In this document: one piece after another, positions 44,470-53,718 of the stretch
Layout: every line of letters begins with the position of its first letter
How positions within the stretch are numbered: position 1 is the stretch's first letter
Source: Chrysomallon squamiferum
Lineage: Eukaryota > Animalia > Mollusca
Direction of reading: 5' to 3'
Assembly: GCA_012295275.1 (NCBI GenBank)
Contig: CM022669.1
Coordinates: 19,344,001 to 19,408,000 of the forward strand
Length of the DNA: 64,000 nt
Position numbers and translations under genes: made by a program
The notes under the pieces: generated by a model
What the model was told of the DNA's origin: nothing
Database searches by the model: none
The model's input: the letters and a program-made list of their open reading frames with translations, nothing else

Positions 44470-44680
44470 CTCAAACTATTTAAGTTTTAACGACTGACAG
44501 TATTGAACCGTTTCAAAAAGTTTGCGAAGTGTGCCGTCTACTGAGGGAGTAAAGGTATTTTCTAATATTCATGCTGTGTTATGAAGTTTGCATCTGGACA
44601 GCTATTAAATTCAGTAGATTGTTTTAACACTTACTCCTGTAATGCGGCTTAAGCCCATCAGTAACTTCGATGTCCCCCAT
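18..44680 (-). CDS. IQGAP1: IQGAP-family Ras GTPase-activating-like scaffold protein, 5' part (30 coding exons in window, about 1147 aa; continues beyond position 1)
   Basis: Spliced translation begins MGDIEVTDGLKPHYRTLDDSRLSADEMDEQRRMNIAYEYLCHLEEAKMWIEAVINEELPPTTELEEGLRNGVYLAKLGHFF and includes GIQMPAFSKIGGILANE, YQHLFYLLQTNPTYLAKLIF, IVTGNPLVVKM and INTNPVEVYKMWVNQME, all hallmark IQGAP motifs. All junctions GT-AG with matching phases. Orthologue of the vertebrate IQGAP1/2/3 group; symbol is nominal. Confidence 0.97.
436..545. repeat. About 28-bp minisatellite, 4 copies
   Basis: ATGACATCATGGTTTCCATTACAAAT variants in tandem. Confidence 0.75.
558..707 (-). CDS. IQGAP1: IQGAP exon 29, GRD (NQRGQNALREMLNPLILKVIEDRNLRINTNPVEVYKMWVNQMESQSGKT)
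   Basis: 150 nt, TTTCAG / GTATGT. Confidence 0.96.
1136..1210 (-). CDS. IQGAP1: IQGAP exon 28, GRD (SKVDKMTDIVTGNPLVVKMIVGFN)
   Basis: 75 nt, CTTAG / GTAAAG, phase 2-2, IVTGNP motif. Confidence 0.95.
3025..3180 (-). mobile_element. SINE body remnant
   Basis: TTATATGAACCTTCCCATAAACAGGGAAGCACATACC...GAGCACTGGCTGGAACAAGAAA; related sequence at 36950-36990 (TTCCACAGACAGAAAAGCACATACC) and 9714-9772. Confidence 0.5.
4000..4032 (-). CDS. Candidate 33-nt cassette exon of IQGAP (KVASALYEMES)
   Basis: TTTTATTCCTTTTAATTTTAATCAG acceptor, AAG|GTATGT donor, phase 2-2, open frame. Confidence 0.48.
4543..4596 (-). CDS. Candidate 54-nt cassette exon of IQGAP (FNTICDEFIFEKCKEGDG)
   Basis: Pyrimidine tract CTTCTCTCTGGCCTCTACCTTCCAGCTCAG, donor TGG|GTAAAA, phase 2-2, open frame. 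Confidence 0.4.
7933..7953 (-). CDS. Candidate alternative 21-nt microexon of IQGAP (adds FLFTDNT)
   Basis: TGCATGACTGCCACTTAAATTTGTAG|GTTTCTATTCACAGACAATAC|GTAAGT; phase 2-2, open in the host frame; no transcript evidence. Confidence 0.55.
8671..8966 (-). CDS. IQGAP1: IQGAP exon 27, start of RasGAP-related domain (DVVTHNKKL...YQHLFYLLQTNPTYLAKLIF...LFKTALEEEIA)
   Basis: 296 nt, TTCCAG / GTATGT, ends in phase 2. Confidence 0.96.
9450..9571 (-). CDS. IQGAP1: IQGAP exon 26 (LQKLRQNVVTEIRSNQQLEQDLDQMDIKIGLLIKNRITLQ)
   Basis: 122 nt, conserved MDIKIGLL.KNRITLQ. Confidence 0.96.
9774..9915. repeat. 30-bp minisatellite, about 5 copies
   Basis: AGGCTTGAATATTAACAGAAT(A/T)AATTATTA at 9780, 9810, 9840, 9870, 9900. 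Confidence 0.85.
9996..10082 (-). CDS. IQGAP1: IQGAP exon 25 (MDENPPLSVVRKFVHLLDASDNDYAEEL)
   Basis: 87 nt, conserved PPxxVVRKFVHLLD. Confidence 0.95.
10515..10584 (-). CDS. IQGAP1: IQGAP exon 24, IQ4 (EDAIIKIQALFRSNLAKQDYKAL)
   Basis: 70 nt, TACAG / GTAAGT. Confidence 0.94.
10891..10962 (-). CDS. IQGAP1: IQGAP exon 23, IQ3 (LQSYFRMWRERKKYRNRLKYFKDN)
   Basis: 72 nt, TTTTAG / GTGAGT. Confidence 0.93.
11263..11346 (-). CDS. IQGAP1: IQGAP exon 22, IQ2 (SCWRGYKQRKQYKERLNFLNSQEKTAIK)
   Basis: 84 nt, CCAG / GTCAGA. Confidence 0.94.
11611..11781 (-). CDS. IQGAP1: IQGAP exon 21, IQ1 (KSISEVTAAYDRELLLKANEGNIIKGQALIRGYLQRK...VKIQ)
   Basis: 171 nt, IQ motif QxxxRGYxxR. Confidence 0.94.
12294..12436 (-). 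CDS. IQGAP1: IQGAP exon 20, WW domain (ECGSGWMMNRLKDGSKFFYNIHTGEYLWSRQD...EEIQ)
   Basis: 143 nt, W...FFYN...W pattern. Confidence 0.93.
12874..13041 (-). CDS. IQGAP1: IQGAP exon 19, IQGAP repeat (SKGVAAANVAIDSSD...FKSES)
   Basis: 168 nt, poly-T + GCAG / GTAAAA. Confidence 0.92.
13317..13407 (-). CDS. IQGAP1: IQGAP exon 18 (TTNDDEAVLWLEEIQNTVEKANNDAEVGLK)
   Basis: 91 nt, conserved AVLWLEEIQ. Confidence 0.93.
13622..13785 (-). CDS. IQGAP1: IQGAP exon 17, IQGAP repeat (ILAIGVINEAIDKGDENQTLEALLMP...KAE)
   Basis: 164 nt, TTTCAG / GTAAGC. Confidence 0.94.
14566..14647 (-). CDS. IQGAP1: IQGAP exon 16 (EGNDLLTHGEITQSVDNVHKQVQEEHE)
   Basis: 82 nt, TACAG / GTAAGT. Confidence 0.92.
15232..15395 (-). 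CDS. IQGAP1: IQGAP exon 15, IQGAP repeat (LNAVAAINEAIDTANP...VKRE)
   Basis: 164 nt, TTCCAG / GTATGT. Confidence 0.92.
15738..15777 (-). CDS. IQGAP1: IQGAP exon 14 (ADLDYDELFASLA)
   Basis: 40 nt, CTGCAG / GTAATG, phase 0 to 1. Confidence 0.88.
16096..16256 (-). CDS. IQGAP1: IQGAP exon 13, IQGAP repeat (AKAVAAINSAIEEGDS...SEKK)
   Basis: 161 nt, GCAG / GTCAGA. Confidence 0.92.
16875..16968 (-). CDS. IQGAP1: IQGAP exon 12 (NNNSGEEVMLEKEELQQAINQANLEADTEYQ)
   Basis: 94 nt, TTTCAG / GTAAGA. Confidence 0.9.
18128..18288 (-). CDS. IQGAP1: IQGAP exon 11, IQGAP repeat (NIALENVLAALLLLDPKKLIEALKSPHLGL...)
   Basis: 161 nt, phase 1 to 0, AG / GTAATT. Confidence 0.9.
18795..18885 (-). CDS. IQGAP1: IQGAP exon 10 (SMDNELQYEHDVYDELLTQAEIQGNINKVN)
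   Basis: 91 nt, conserved YDELLTQAEIQGNINKVN. Confidence 0.95.
19328..19506 (-). CDS. IQGAP1: IQGAP exon 9, IQGAP repeat (HAAIIAINEALEK...ENARNR)
   Basis: 179 nt, AG / GTTAGC. Confidence 0.94.
20726..20747 (-). CDS. IQGAP1: IQGAP exon 8, 22-nt microexon (MTVDEAA)
   Basis: CACAG|ATGACAGTAGATGAAGCAGCAT|GTAAGT; restores the conserved (LS)VDEAALHAA motif and the phase 0 to 1 change. Confidence 0.92.
22777..22868 (-). CDS. IQGAP1: IQGAP exon 7 (EEISAMRKELDKYGIQMPAFSKIGGILANE)
   Basis: 92 nt, ACAG / GTAAAC. Confidence 0.95.
23191..23258 (-). CDS. IQGAP1: IQGAP exon 6 (LYLFKLGLAPQIQDLYGKIDFT)
   Basis: 68 nt, TTTCAG / GTCAGT. Confidence 0.96.
23570..23640 (-). mobile_element. SINE head remnant (reverse orientation)
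   Basis: Reverse complement GATTGCAGGATCGAATCTCTTCAG matches the head at 26894-26918. Confidence 0.45.
23688..23764 (-). CDS. IQGAP1: IQGAP exon 5, CH domain (IFYPETTDIYDRKNMPRAVYCIHAL)
   Basis: 77 nt, poly-T tract + AG, GTAGGT donor. Confidence 0.96.
23790..24345. repeat. Degenerate (GTA/GTG/ATA)n trinucleotide low-complexity tract
   Basis: Continuous GTA/GTG/GCA/ATA triplets; source of the spurious poly-Val ORF. Confidence 0.8.
24887..24964 (-). CDS. IQGAP1: IQGAP exon 4, CH domain (AKGLHFRHTDNINHWFAAMEHIGLPR)
   Basis: 78 nt, CAG / GTAAGT. Confidence 0.96.
25484..25640 (-). CDS. IQGAP1: IQGAP exon 3, CH domain (WIEAVINEELPPTTELEEGLRNGVYLAKLGHFF...EQTRFK)
   Basis: 157 nt, AG/GT boundaries, follows an 18.4-kb intron. 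Confidence 0.96.
26845..26920 (+). mobile_element. tRNA-derived SINE head remnant
   Basis: A-box-like AGCTCAGTGGTTAGA and B-box-like GGTTCAACCC; shares GATTGCAGGWTCRA..CTCTTCAG with 23578-23606 (minus) and about 58336-58358. Confidence 0.55.
30180..30700 (+). mobile_element. Probable decayed Mutator/MULE transposase fragment
   Basis: Frameshifted plus-strand reading gives SD(L)/ET..., PG.KVVCFSYSCQL...EIQQV, resembling the MULE DFE...FP...CxFHxxQ...KIQxLGL motif order; many stops; no TIRs found. Confidence 0.4.
42070..42629. mobile_element. Non-autonomous DNA transposon (MITE), Sola2-like, 560 bp
   Basis: 24-bp TIRs GGGTCATTCCATGTCAAAT(G/C)ACCC (42070-42093, 42606-42629; 1 mismatch), 4-bp TSD CTCT (42066-42069, 42630-42633), GRG termini, no transposase ORF. 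Confidence 0.85.
44012..44108 (-). CDS. IQGAP1: IQGAP exon 2 (LDDSRLSADEMDEQRRMNIAYEYLCHLEEAK)
   Basis: TTTTAG acceptor, GTAAGA donor, 97 nt, conserved AYEYLCHLEEAK. Confidence 0.96.
44389..44466. repeat. (GA)n microsatellite in IQGAP intron 1
   Basis: Perfect run; similar runs at 11015-11084 and 37044-37121. Confidence 0.95.
44635..44680 (-). CDS. IQGAP1: IQGAP coding exon 1 (MGDIEVTDGLKPHYR)
   Basis: ATG at 44680, 46 nt, donor A|GTAAGT, phase 1; resembles human IQGAP1 N-terminus (DGL..RPHYG). Confidence 0.88.
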
Positions 44681-45490
44681 TGTTACTGTATCTGTATGAT
44701 GCTGCCAACAATCTGATACGATTATCCGTTCGATAATAAAAACACTACATGAAGTAAACAAAAAAAAATCGGCACTATTATCAATCAAATAATCCACTTA
44801 GAATGATAAAAATCAGTATCCCTTGATCATATAAACACTATATTTTCGTCACTGGTAATTCCTCAAAGTGACAGTCATGCATAAGCCACACGGGTCAGTT
44901 GTTTTCCGCCACACATAAACTTTACCAGACGGCATTGATGCATTGAATGAGCGCGGACCGGATTTCAAATATTTTAGCGGGAATTGTGGGAGATCAACAA
45001 GTGCTCGTTGACCTTTATTATTTGTTCACGAGATGGCGCTGTTACCAATATCATAATTACCTTACTAGATATCACGATTAAAGCAACAGCAAATAATTTA
45101 ATTCTCAAACAATTCAAGGTTTATTTATTTTATTGAACATTAATTTAATTAAATTAATTTTTCTTATTTTATTTGTAATTTTTAACAAACTTTAAAAGGT
45201 ATCTAATTGTATGAATTTGTTTCTCAGAATAATGTTCAGGGAATTATTATATTAAATTTTTGTTTACAAATGGCGATGTTTTAGCAACTGGTTAAAAGTT
45301 GACGAACTTGGTAAGAAAAGTATATTTTGAACCACTTTTTTGAATATTTATTTTCTCAGATATATTGATATCGTTTTTGAAGTCATAATATTTATAATAA
45401 GTAGAAATTAGGAACAATCAGTTAGTTTCCTAGAAACTTTTAAAGTTGACACTTGTTGCATGAGATCAATAGGGGTTGCGTCAAGAACGC
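44681..45490. promoter_or_regulatory. Putative bidirectional promoter / 5'UTR region (IQGAP minus, FAM81 plus)
   Basis: Locally CpG-retaining; YY1-like AGATGGCG (45031) and AAATGGCG (45268); E2F-like GCGGGAA (44977); CHR-like TTCAAA (44964); Fox TGTTTAC (45261); RFX X-box GTTTCCTAGAAAC (45425-45437); plus-strand donor TTG|GTAAGA at 45310/45311. Confidence 0.6.
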
Positions 45491-45596
45491 AAAAGATTCT
45501 TTATACCAGAAAGTGTTTTTTCGAAATAAATTTTCATATTTTCTAAATTAAACTTGATAATATTTTAGAAATAAACTGAATCACATGAGAACCAAA

Positions 45597-45645
<49 letters not shown>

Positions 45646-46283
45646 ATTATTATTATTATTAAGCCATTAGAAATTATTCCTAAGTACCCAGATGTAATTG
45701 AAAATGAATGTAAATTCATTATTTGTTTTCAACAAAGGAATGATTACTTTATTTATTTATTTATTGATGACATGTATATTTATTCCAAACTAATATTTTA
45801 GGCTTAGGAACAGGTGATTTTAACATAATAGCTAAATATTATAAATTTTAAAATACTCTTACTGCTACTATGACTACCAGTATTACTACTACTACTACTA
45901 GTGCTACTAATGATGATGATGCTATTAAAAATAATAGTAATTGCTTAATTAATTAATTTCAAAAATAAGTTACAAGAAAACCCTTTATATATATTTTCAA
46001 AATTATGTTAGGCTGATATGAAACCTTTTATGTTCTTCCTAGGTATATGTCTGCAGATATGTGTTTGAGGATTATATTTATTTGTGTCTGTATCTGTATA
46101 CATACAGTTAACACTGCATTACAGTGCATTGGCTTTAGAAATGTTACATATTTGCATACAAATAATAATAATAATAAATATTTTTAATATATTTTTAATA
46201 TGTCTCCACATGATATATAGTCTATAAAAATGTTCCTTTTTAATGCAGATAATGATCATGAAATTTTTAAAAATTCTTTAATA

Positions 46284-46338
<55 letters not shown>

Positions 46339-46459
46339 AATAACAGACCATATAATCTTGAATATCAGATGATATATAAGGCGAATTAATTTTTTTGTGG
46401 CATTATCCAGTCAAAGGCAAATAACATATTAAGACTGAGTCACTACAAACTTGAACTCC

Positions 46460-46556
<97 letters not shown>

Positions 46557-47112
46557 TAAAAGAAGAAAAAAAATATGATAATGTCCTGTTATCATTTTTG
46601 GTAATAATATGATTATGAAACTGTTGTTATTTTAATTCAATTTACAGTTATTAAGTTTTTAATTTTATTTCTAAATAAATACTATTTAGTTTTGCTGCAG
46701 ACCCTATATTCACATGTTTATAACCTACAAACTTAAATATAATGTTTAAATATAATGTTTAATATCAGTAAAATAACCAAAAATTTGAAATTTCAACATT
46801 GCAAGTAATTTCAAAATACTGGACATTCAAGATTTTATCCTAAAAATTAAATAAATAAATAGAATAAATTTGATTATTGTTTTTATTATTATTATGTTTT
46901 TATTTCTATTATGAAAGCCATTGATGGAGGTATATATGATAATAATAAATAAAAACATATGGACAATGTAACAACACTGATTTCATTTATAATAATTTAT
47001 GAAATTTCCAAAATAAATAATTTAAACTCCAGAACCTAAAAATGCTAGTAACCATGATGACAAACTGTCAAAACTATTGGCATTTTCCTGTTATAGATTT
47101 ATAATGCTAATA

Positions 47113-47417
47113 AAATATATTACACAGAAATGATTTTAAAAACTAAATTAATTAATTAATAATAAAATTGATAGAAATGGCAAACATTTACTTTACAGAA
47201 AATGAATTTGGACATAATTATTTCTGAAATGTCAAACATAATTATTTCTGAAGTGTCCATATAATGAAATATATTACACAGAAATGATTTTAAAAACTAA
47301 ATTAATTAATTAATAATAAAATTGATAGAAATGGCAAACATTTACTTTACAGAAAATGAATTTAGACATAATTATTTCTGAAGTGTCAAGACATAATTAT
47401 TTTTGATTTGTCCATAT
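47113..47417. repeat. Tandem duplication, about 154-bp unit x2
   Basis: AAATATATTACACAGAAATGATTTTAAAAAC... at 47113 and 47267, near identical. Confidence 0.9.
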
Positions 47418-47602
47418 CTATAATTATTATTGCTATCATTTTATGTATAAATTTAACAGGATAAAATGAGTTTCCATGATTGTACATAAACTTGTCACAC
47501 TTTAATTTTAACAAAGGCTGGTCTCCATAGATTTTAAGACAATCACATTAGGTAACATAATATGATATTTACACCATTTATTCAAATCACCTGATGTACA
47601 CT

Positions 47603-47637
<35 letters not shown>

Positions 47638-49162
47638 TTTGAGTAGTTATTTGTTTATTTACTCATTTACTTACCTATACATTTATTTACTAACTTGTTT
47701 GATTCTTTGTTTACTTACTTACTTCCTTACTTACTCACTCACTTTCTTATTTACTTAAGTACTTATTTATTTACTTACTTACTTACTTATTTATTTATTT
47801 ACTAATATTATTTAATAGTCACATTAGCAGACATGTTGAGTCTGGTTTTCAAACATTTTGGATTGGGTTTCAAAAAATATTCCACCCTGTCATTATGATA
47901 ATTACAGCAATACCATGCCTTCTTTGGAGTCCTAACAGCATCAATAATTGAGGTAGACTGTAGTTTTTCTTTTCACATATTGTACAGTGAATGTCTTTGG
48001 TCATTGTTAGTCAAGTCTGTCAATTTAGCAAGGTGTACATTGTTTTCATACAACAGGTATTTATTTATGAGGCTACCTCCATGACACTTCTGTACAATTT
48101 TATTCAATAAGGAAACTCAGTTTCAATAACCAAAGAACCACCATTGCCAGTAATGGACTGTGATGTTTCCTAGGATTTTGTCATTGTTTGTTTAATAATA
48201 GTGAGGCCATTTGTTGATTTTTTTTTTTTCTTATTCACTTGTAAGTGCAGGTCTGTAAATTGTGCCGGCTTTATTTCCCTGTGTTGAATATGTGAGATAT
48301 GTTGTAAGAAGGAGGTACATACTAAAATATACCAGTACTTACTATCGATGATGGTGGAATATATCACTGGAATAGGTCCAGATTTTCTGTGAAAATATTT
48401 TTCTGCTTTAGCAGAAATTTGGATTATCTGTGAAAATAATTTTCTTTTTAATTTTTAAGAAATTAATTTTTTATGTCATTAATAATCACGTTTTGTGTTA
48501 CTGTATAAATCTATGTGGAACAATTTTCATTTCTCAAGAAACTTCAAAATACAGGTAAATCATATACATTAAATAATGATTATTATAGTAATAACATAGT
48601 GATTTTCAATAGATATCTTTTTAAGTACAATTTACAGAAAAGAAAAAAAATACATTTATATAATTATGTTCTATATGTAATTAAACTGAGATATTTTGTG
48701 CATTCTCACATGTCACATATTTTTACAGCTTAATTTTTTTGAAATATGAATCATGTATTTGATTAAAATATTTCAAGGTGATATATTTAAAATTATTATT
48801 TTGTTAGATATTGTGTACACTGCTAATAATTATGTAATATGTCTGGTAAATAATAAACTCTGCTGGTTCTTTGTTTTGAAATGAAGCCAAGGTAAACAAT
48901 ACTTAAGTATTTAAATGATAAATAATACATACTTACATTAATAAGAAGTGTCATTGATGCATAAAAGATTTATATTTAGACTAAAATTAAGTGTTATTAA
49001 TATGTATTGAATTAATAGACTGAAATTAAAAACTATTGTCAGAACATAAAGAATTTATATTTAAACAAAAATGAAGTGTCATAACTGTCAGTGGGGTTTA
49101 TATTTAACTTACATGCTACGTCTTAACATAGCTTTTATTCAGACTAAAATTAATTTTCATAC

Positions 49163-49203
<41 letters not shown>

Positions 49204-49654
49204 AAAAAAAAAGGAAAATATAATTATAAATGGGGATTAGGAATAAAATCTATGGTGAGGCAGTATCATGTCAAACATTAGAAAAAAAAATTCTTGACAA
49301 AATATAGGAGCCAGTAAGTCTGTAGATTTGGATCTTTTTGAGACACGACAGTAGGTATATAGATACTAATGGATTCCCAGGACCCTGTTATATTCAGTCT
49401 TGTGTTTGGGCCATTGAGTTCCTAAGATATCACAATAAACCTTGCATTCAGGCCACTTGTTTTCTTGTGATATCACTGAATTCAAAAACAAATTTATACT
49501 GGTTGAGTTGTTGTGTACAGACTTGTTTAATTTTGAATTATTTTTCACTGTAATTGATCTGTTTTTCACAGTTTTAGTTTTGTTTTAGGTTTAACCTTCC
49601 AATTCGGTGCATTAATGTGTTAAAATTGTGATATAATATGTATGTGTGTGTTTT

Positions 49655-49691
<37 letters not shown>

Positions 49692-50808
49692 TGAAGATAT
49701 CAGAGAAGCTACAAAGAAAATTGTATATGCACCTTCTCACCGACTGAAAACATATTCCACAGCAATTTATCATCTAGTTATGGGGCATTGTCTAGAATAA
49801 TAAACTACAGCTAAAATTTGTGAAGGCTTTTAATTATTATTTATTTATTCACTTACACAATATACATTTTTTGTTTGCCTTGTTTTCATAATACTGTTAA
49901 TTAATGTGTCCTGTCAATATGATTTATTTATTCATTGTTCAGTTTGTTTAACTGGATATATAAAATAACATATTTATGATAAACATATATATATATAATG
50001 AAATTTAAAAAAAAGGTGAGTTTAAGTTTTTCAAAAATATTTGGGTTTTTTGACGACCAAATAACAAAAATCAGTCTTCACATATCTCATTTGACCCAAA
50101 CAAGAACAACTTACTAATACTGGACACAGAACAAACAAACTTTATGAAATCCCTGATATAAGTGGCCTACTGAAATAATCTACGACGTAACAACCTTATT
50201 GATTTAATGTTCTGTTTAACAGATTTCTGTTCAGCTCTCAATTTCCTTTAATTATCAGTCACTTGGAAACAGTGGCCTAATCGTATCAATTATTAACCAG
50301 CGTCTTAGATTGAGCCTCAGAAAGAGAGAAATGGTAGCAATCAATACCACAGCTCTTAGAGGGTGCTCGTTTCAGCTGTGTTCAAGTCTGGTGTTAATTA
50401 AACTTCAGAGGTGTAATAACATCACAGCCCGGCCATTGAAAACACTTTCAGTTCAATGATTTGGCAAAAATTGTGGATGGCGGATAGATTTTTTTCTCTT
50501 GGTACAGACTAAATTGGATAAGAGAGAAATTTTTGTGGGTTTATGTGTTCTGGTAAAGGCTAAATTGGTTAGGAGAAAAGTTTTGGTGTGTTTATGTGTG
50601 TTTATGTGTATCCAGTGCTTGCTGGTTTTTGTAATAGTATCTTTTACATTTTATTTTTTTTTTTACTCTTTTAAATTTTTTTTTAATGCTCTTCATTTCT
50701 AACTGATATTTGCTAAAGCATGAAAATGTATACTACATTATTACTAGTCTGGAATGCATAATTCTCTTCTGTTATTATTATTATTGTTTTATTATTGTTA
50801 TTGTTAAT

Positions 50809-50876
<68 letters not shown>

Positions 50877-51377
50877 TTACAACAATCTTAACTTTCTTAT
50901 TTAATTTATAAATAAATTTAAATATATTTGTAAATGTCTGTATTTTCAGTTGAAAAAGGTGATAAGATTCTTTGTAGTATTCATGTTCTGGCTGTTGTTG
51001 TTGCTGCTGCTGCTGATATTATTATTAATGGTGGTAGTAGTTTCAGTATCAGTAGCAGCAAGAGTATTTGTAGTAATATATGTTTATCTTGTTATTGTTA
51101 GTTATCTTGTTATTGTCATCATTATTATCATCATCATCATTATTATTATTATTATTATTAATGTAATAGTAGTAGCAGCAGCAGTAATAATAGTAGTATA
51201 TATTTTATTTTTAATTTTTATAATCATTATCATCATCATCGTTGTTGTCATCGTCATCATCATCATTATTACTACTACTACTTCTACTGCTACTGCTAAT
51301 ACTACTACTACTACTGCTACTACTGCTACTACTACTACTACTACCACTACTTCTGTTGTTATTACAGATAATTTTCA

Positions 51378-51809
51378 ATGAATGTTATTAAACCCAAGAG
51401 AAACGTTCTGCCAATAGTCAGGGCTCCATACGACACATCGCAGGAGTACAATGCGATACAAGTAGGGAACCAGCGTGAACGTCATGATACACCACCAGCA
51501 CTACAACCTCAGCCACCTCCACCACCACAGCAACAACAGATACAGACTCAGTTAGTCCCCATACACGGTCCTCAAATCATTCGCTATGAAGGACCGTCAA
51601 GACTTGACATGCTTGAGGACCGACTTGCCCAGACTGAAAAGACAACCCAGGCGTTGATAGAGAGGGCGTTTAAAATTAAGGAGGATGTGATCGACAGTCT
51701 GAACTACACTCACGGATCGTGGCAGGAGGAGAAAGCGGCCAGGAGTCATCTGTCTGACCACGTCCGTAACATCACCGCAGTTGTAAACCGGTTAAATCAC
51801 GACATCGCC
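51378..51809 (+). CDS. FAM81A: FAM81 coding exon 1 (MNVIKPKR...RLNHDIA)
   Basis: Acceptor TTACAG ending 51367, ATG 51378, donor GCC|GTGAGT; 432 nt. Confidence 0.9.
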
Positions 51810-52388
51810 GTGAGTGGTCATTTTTATTTTTATTTATTAATGTTATTTTATTATTTTTTTTTCTCCTTTTTTTTTTTTTTTATTAAATCACTTCTGTTCT
51901 GTGTTTTTTTATTATTTTTTATTTTAATTTTTTTTATTTTTACCTGTAATTTGTTGATGTGTGTGTGTATGTGTGTATGTGTGTGTGTGTGTGTGTGTGT
52001 GTTTATATATATGATCTTACTTATCAGTGAGTCTGTGTGTATGTGTGTATGTGTGTGTGTGTGTGTTTATATATATGATCTTACTTATCAGTGAGTCTGT
52101 GTGTATATATATATGATGTATGTATGTATGTCACTCAGTATGTGTGTATGTATGAATGTATGTATGAACATTTTGTGCATATGTTGATGTGTATGTGTGT
52201 ATTTTTACAGACATCTATACCCACACCTAAACACAACCAGACAGAAACATTCATCTACATACAAACCCACAGACTCACCCTGGGATATGTTTACACACAG
52301 ATATATAATATACAGAGACATGCACATACAAATACACACACATACAGACACCCAAACATCAATACAACCCACACCCATGAACAAACAC

Positions 52389-52459
<71 letters not shown>

Positions 52460-53677
52460 TACAGACACACTCACACATTTACACCTACCTCTGTTAACCA
52501 CAGGTACTGGAGGAGTCTATAAAGGTGAGAGACAATGCTGCAGTGGGGACTAATCACGCGGTCAAAAACCTGGAAGCTCATCATGTCCAGAGTCTGTCTG
52601 ACCTCAGAGGTCGCGTGGTCCGGTGCGACACTTCCATTGCTAAGCTGGCTCAGGACATGCGAGTCGTCATGGACTCAGTCCGCATCTTGTCCAATCAGCA
52701 GCAAGAGCTACAGACACGAATGATGGAGAGGATGCATGGGATCGAAGGGCAGGTAAGCAAATTTGAACAATTTTCATTTTTTAAAGGCAGTTCCATGTTT
52801 TGTGTGTTATTGACTTAAGGTGTAATGGATTGTAGAATCAGTCCTTGCTTTAATATGATTGTTTTGGTTACCTGCAGCTCTATTAATCAATGGACCATTT
52901 ATCAAGGGCTGCTGTCTCTTTTTGATAATAGTATTTTATAAATTAAGAATATTGTTATTGCATGGAAGCAGTTTATGTATTTATTTAATTTTATTATTAT
53001 TATTTAAATAATGTTTTCTAAGAGAATATTTCACATACAAGTAATATTAAAAGTTCATTAAGGTGTCAGATATTGCAACTTTCTAGAACAAAATTTTTAT
53101 AATCTGGTAATGTTAGGTTCAAAATTTTAATAAATTTATTCAAGCATTTTGCTGAAAAATATATGTATGTATGTATGTATGTATGCATGTATGTATGTAT
53201 GTATGTATGTATGTATGTATGTATGTATGTATGTATGTATGTATGTATGTATGTATATTCTTCTTCATTGAATGTTCAGACAATACAAAAATTGATTTCA
53301 GCTGGTTCAAATAACAAGCCACATAGAGAGAACTTCAGGTGAAAGTAAAATCAAAATAAGACACCTTGAAGGTGACACCAACCAGCACCTGACGTTGCTG
53401 GACGTGAAGACGAGGCAGCTGATAGAGGATCTCAAGACGATGTTGACAAACATCACAACCACAGAAGATCTGGAGAGAGAAAGACTAGAGCAGAGGTTGA
53501 TCAATCTGATAGAAAAATCTGGAGCTACCAGAGACATTCTCATTGTAAGATGTTTTACTTATTTATTTATTTAATTTTATCTTATTTAGTTATTTATATA
53601 TTTATTTATTTATTTTTTAATTATTTTTTTTTAAATTTAATTTTATCTTATTTTATCTTATTTAGTTATTTATTTAC

Positions 53678-53718
<41 letters not shown>

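Noticed and set aside
50950-51381. 143-aa hydrophobic ORF and similar poly-L/I/V, THTH, SLSL and CVCV ORFs across the window
   Set aside because: Translations of (ATT)n, (CA)n, (CT)n and (GTA)n microsatellites
51810-52094. C-terminal extension of the 238-aa ORF
   Set aside because: Intron read-through after the GTGAGT donor at 51810; low complexity
53307-53543. Minus-strand 78-aa ORF
   Set aside because: Antisense shadow of FAM81 exon 3
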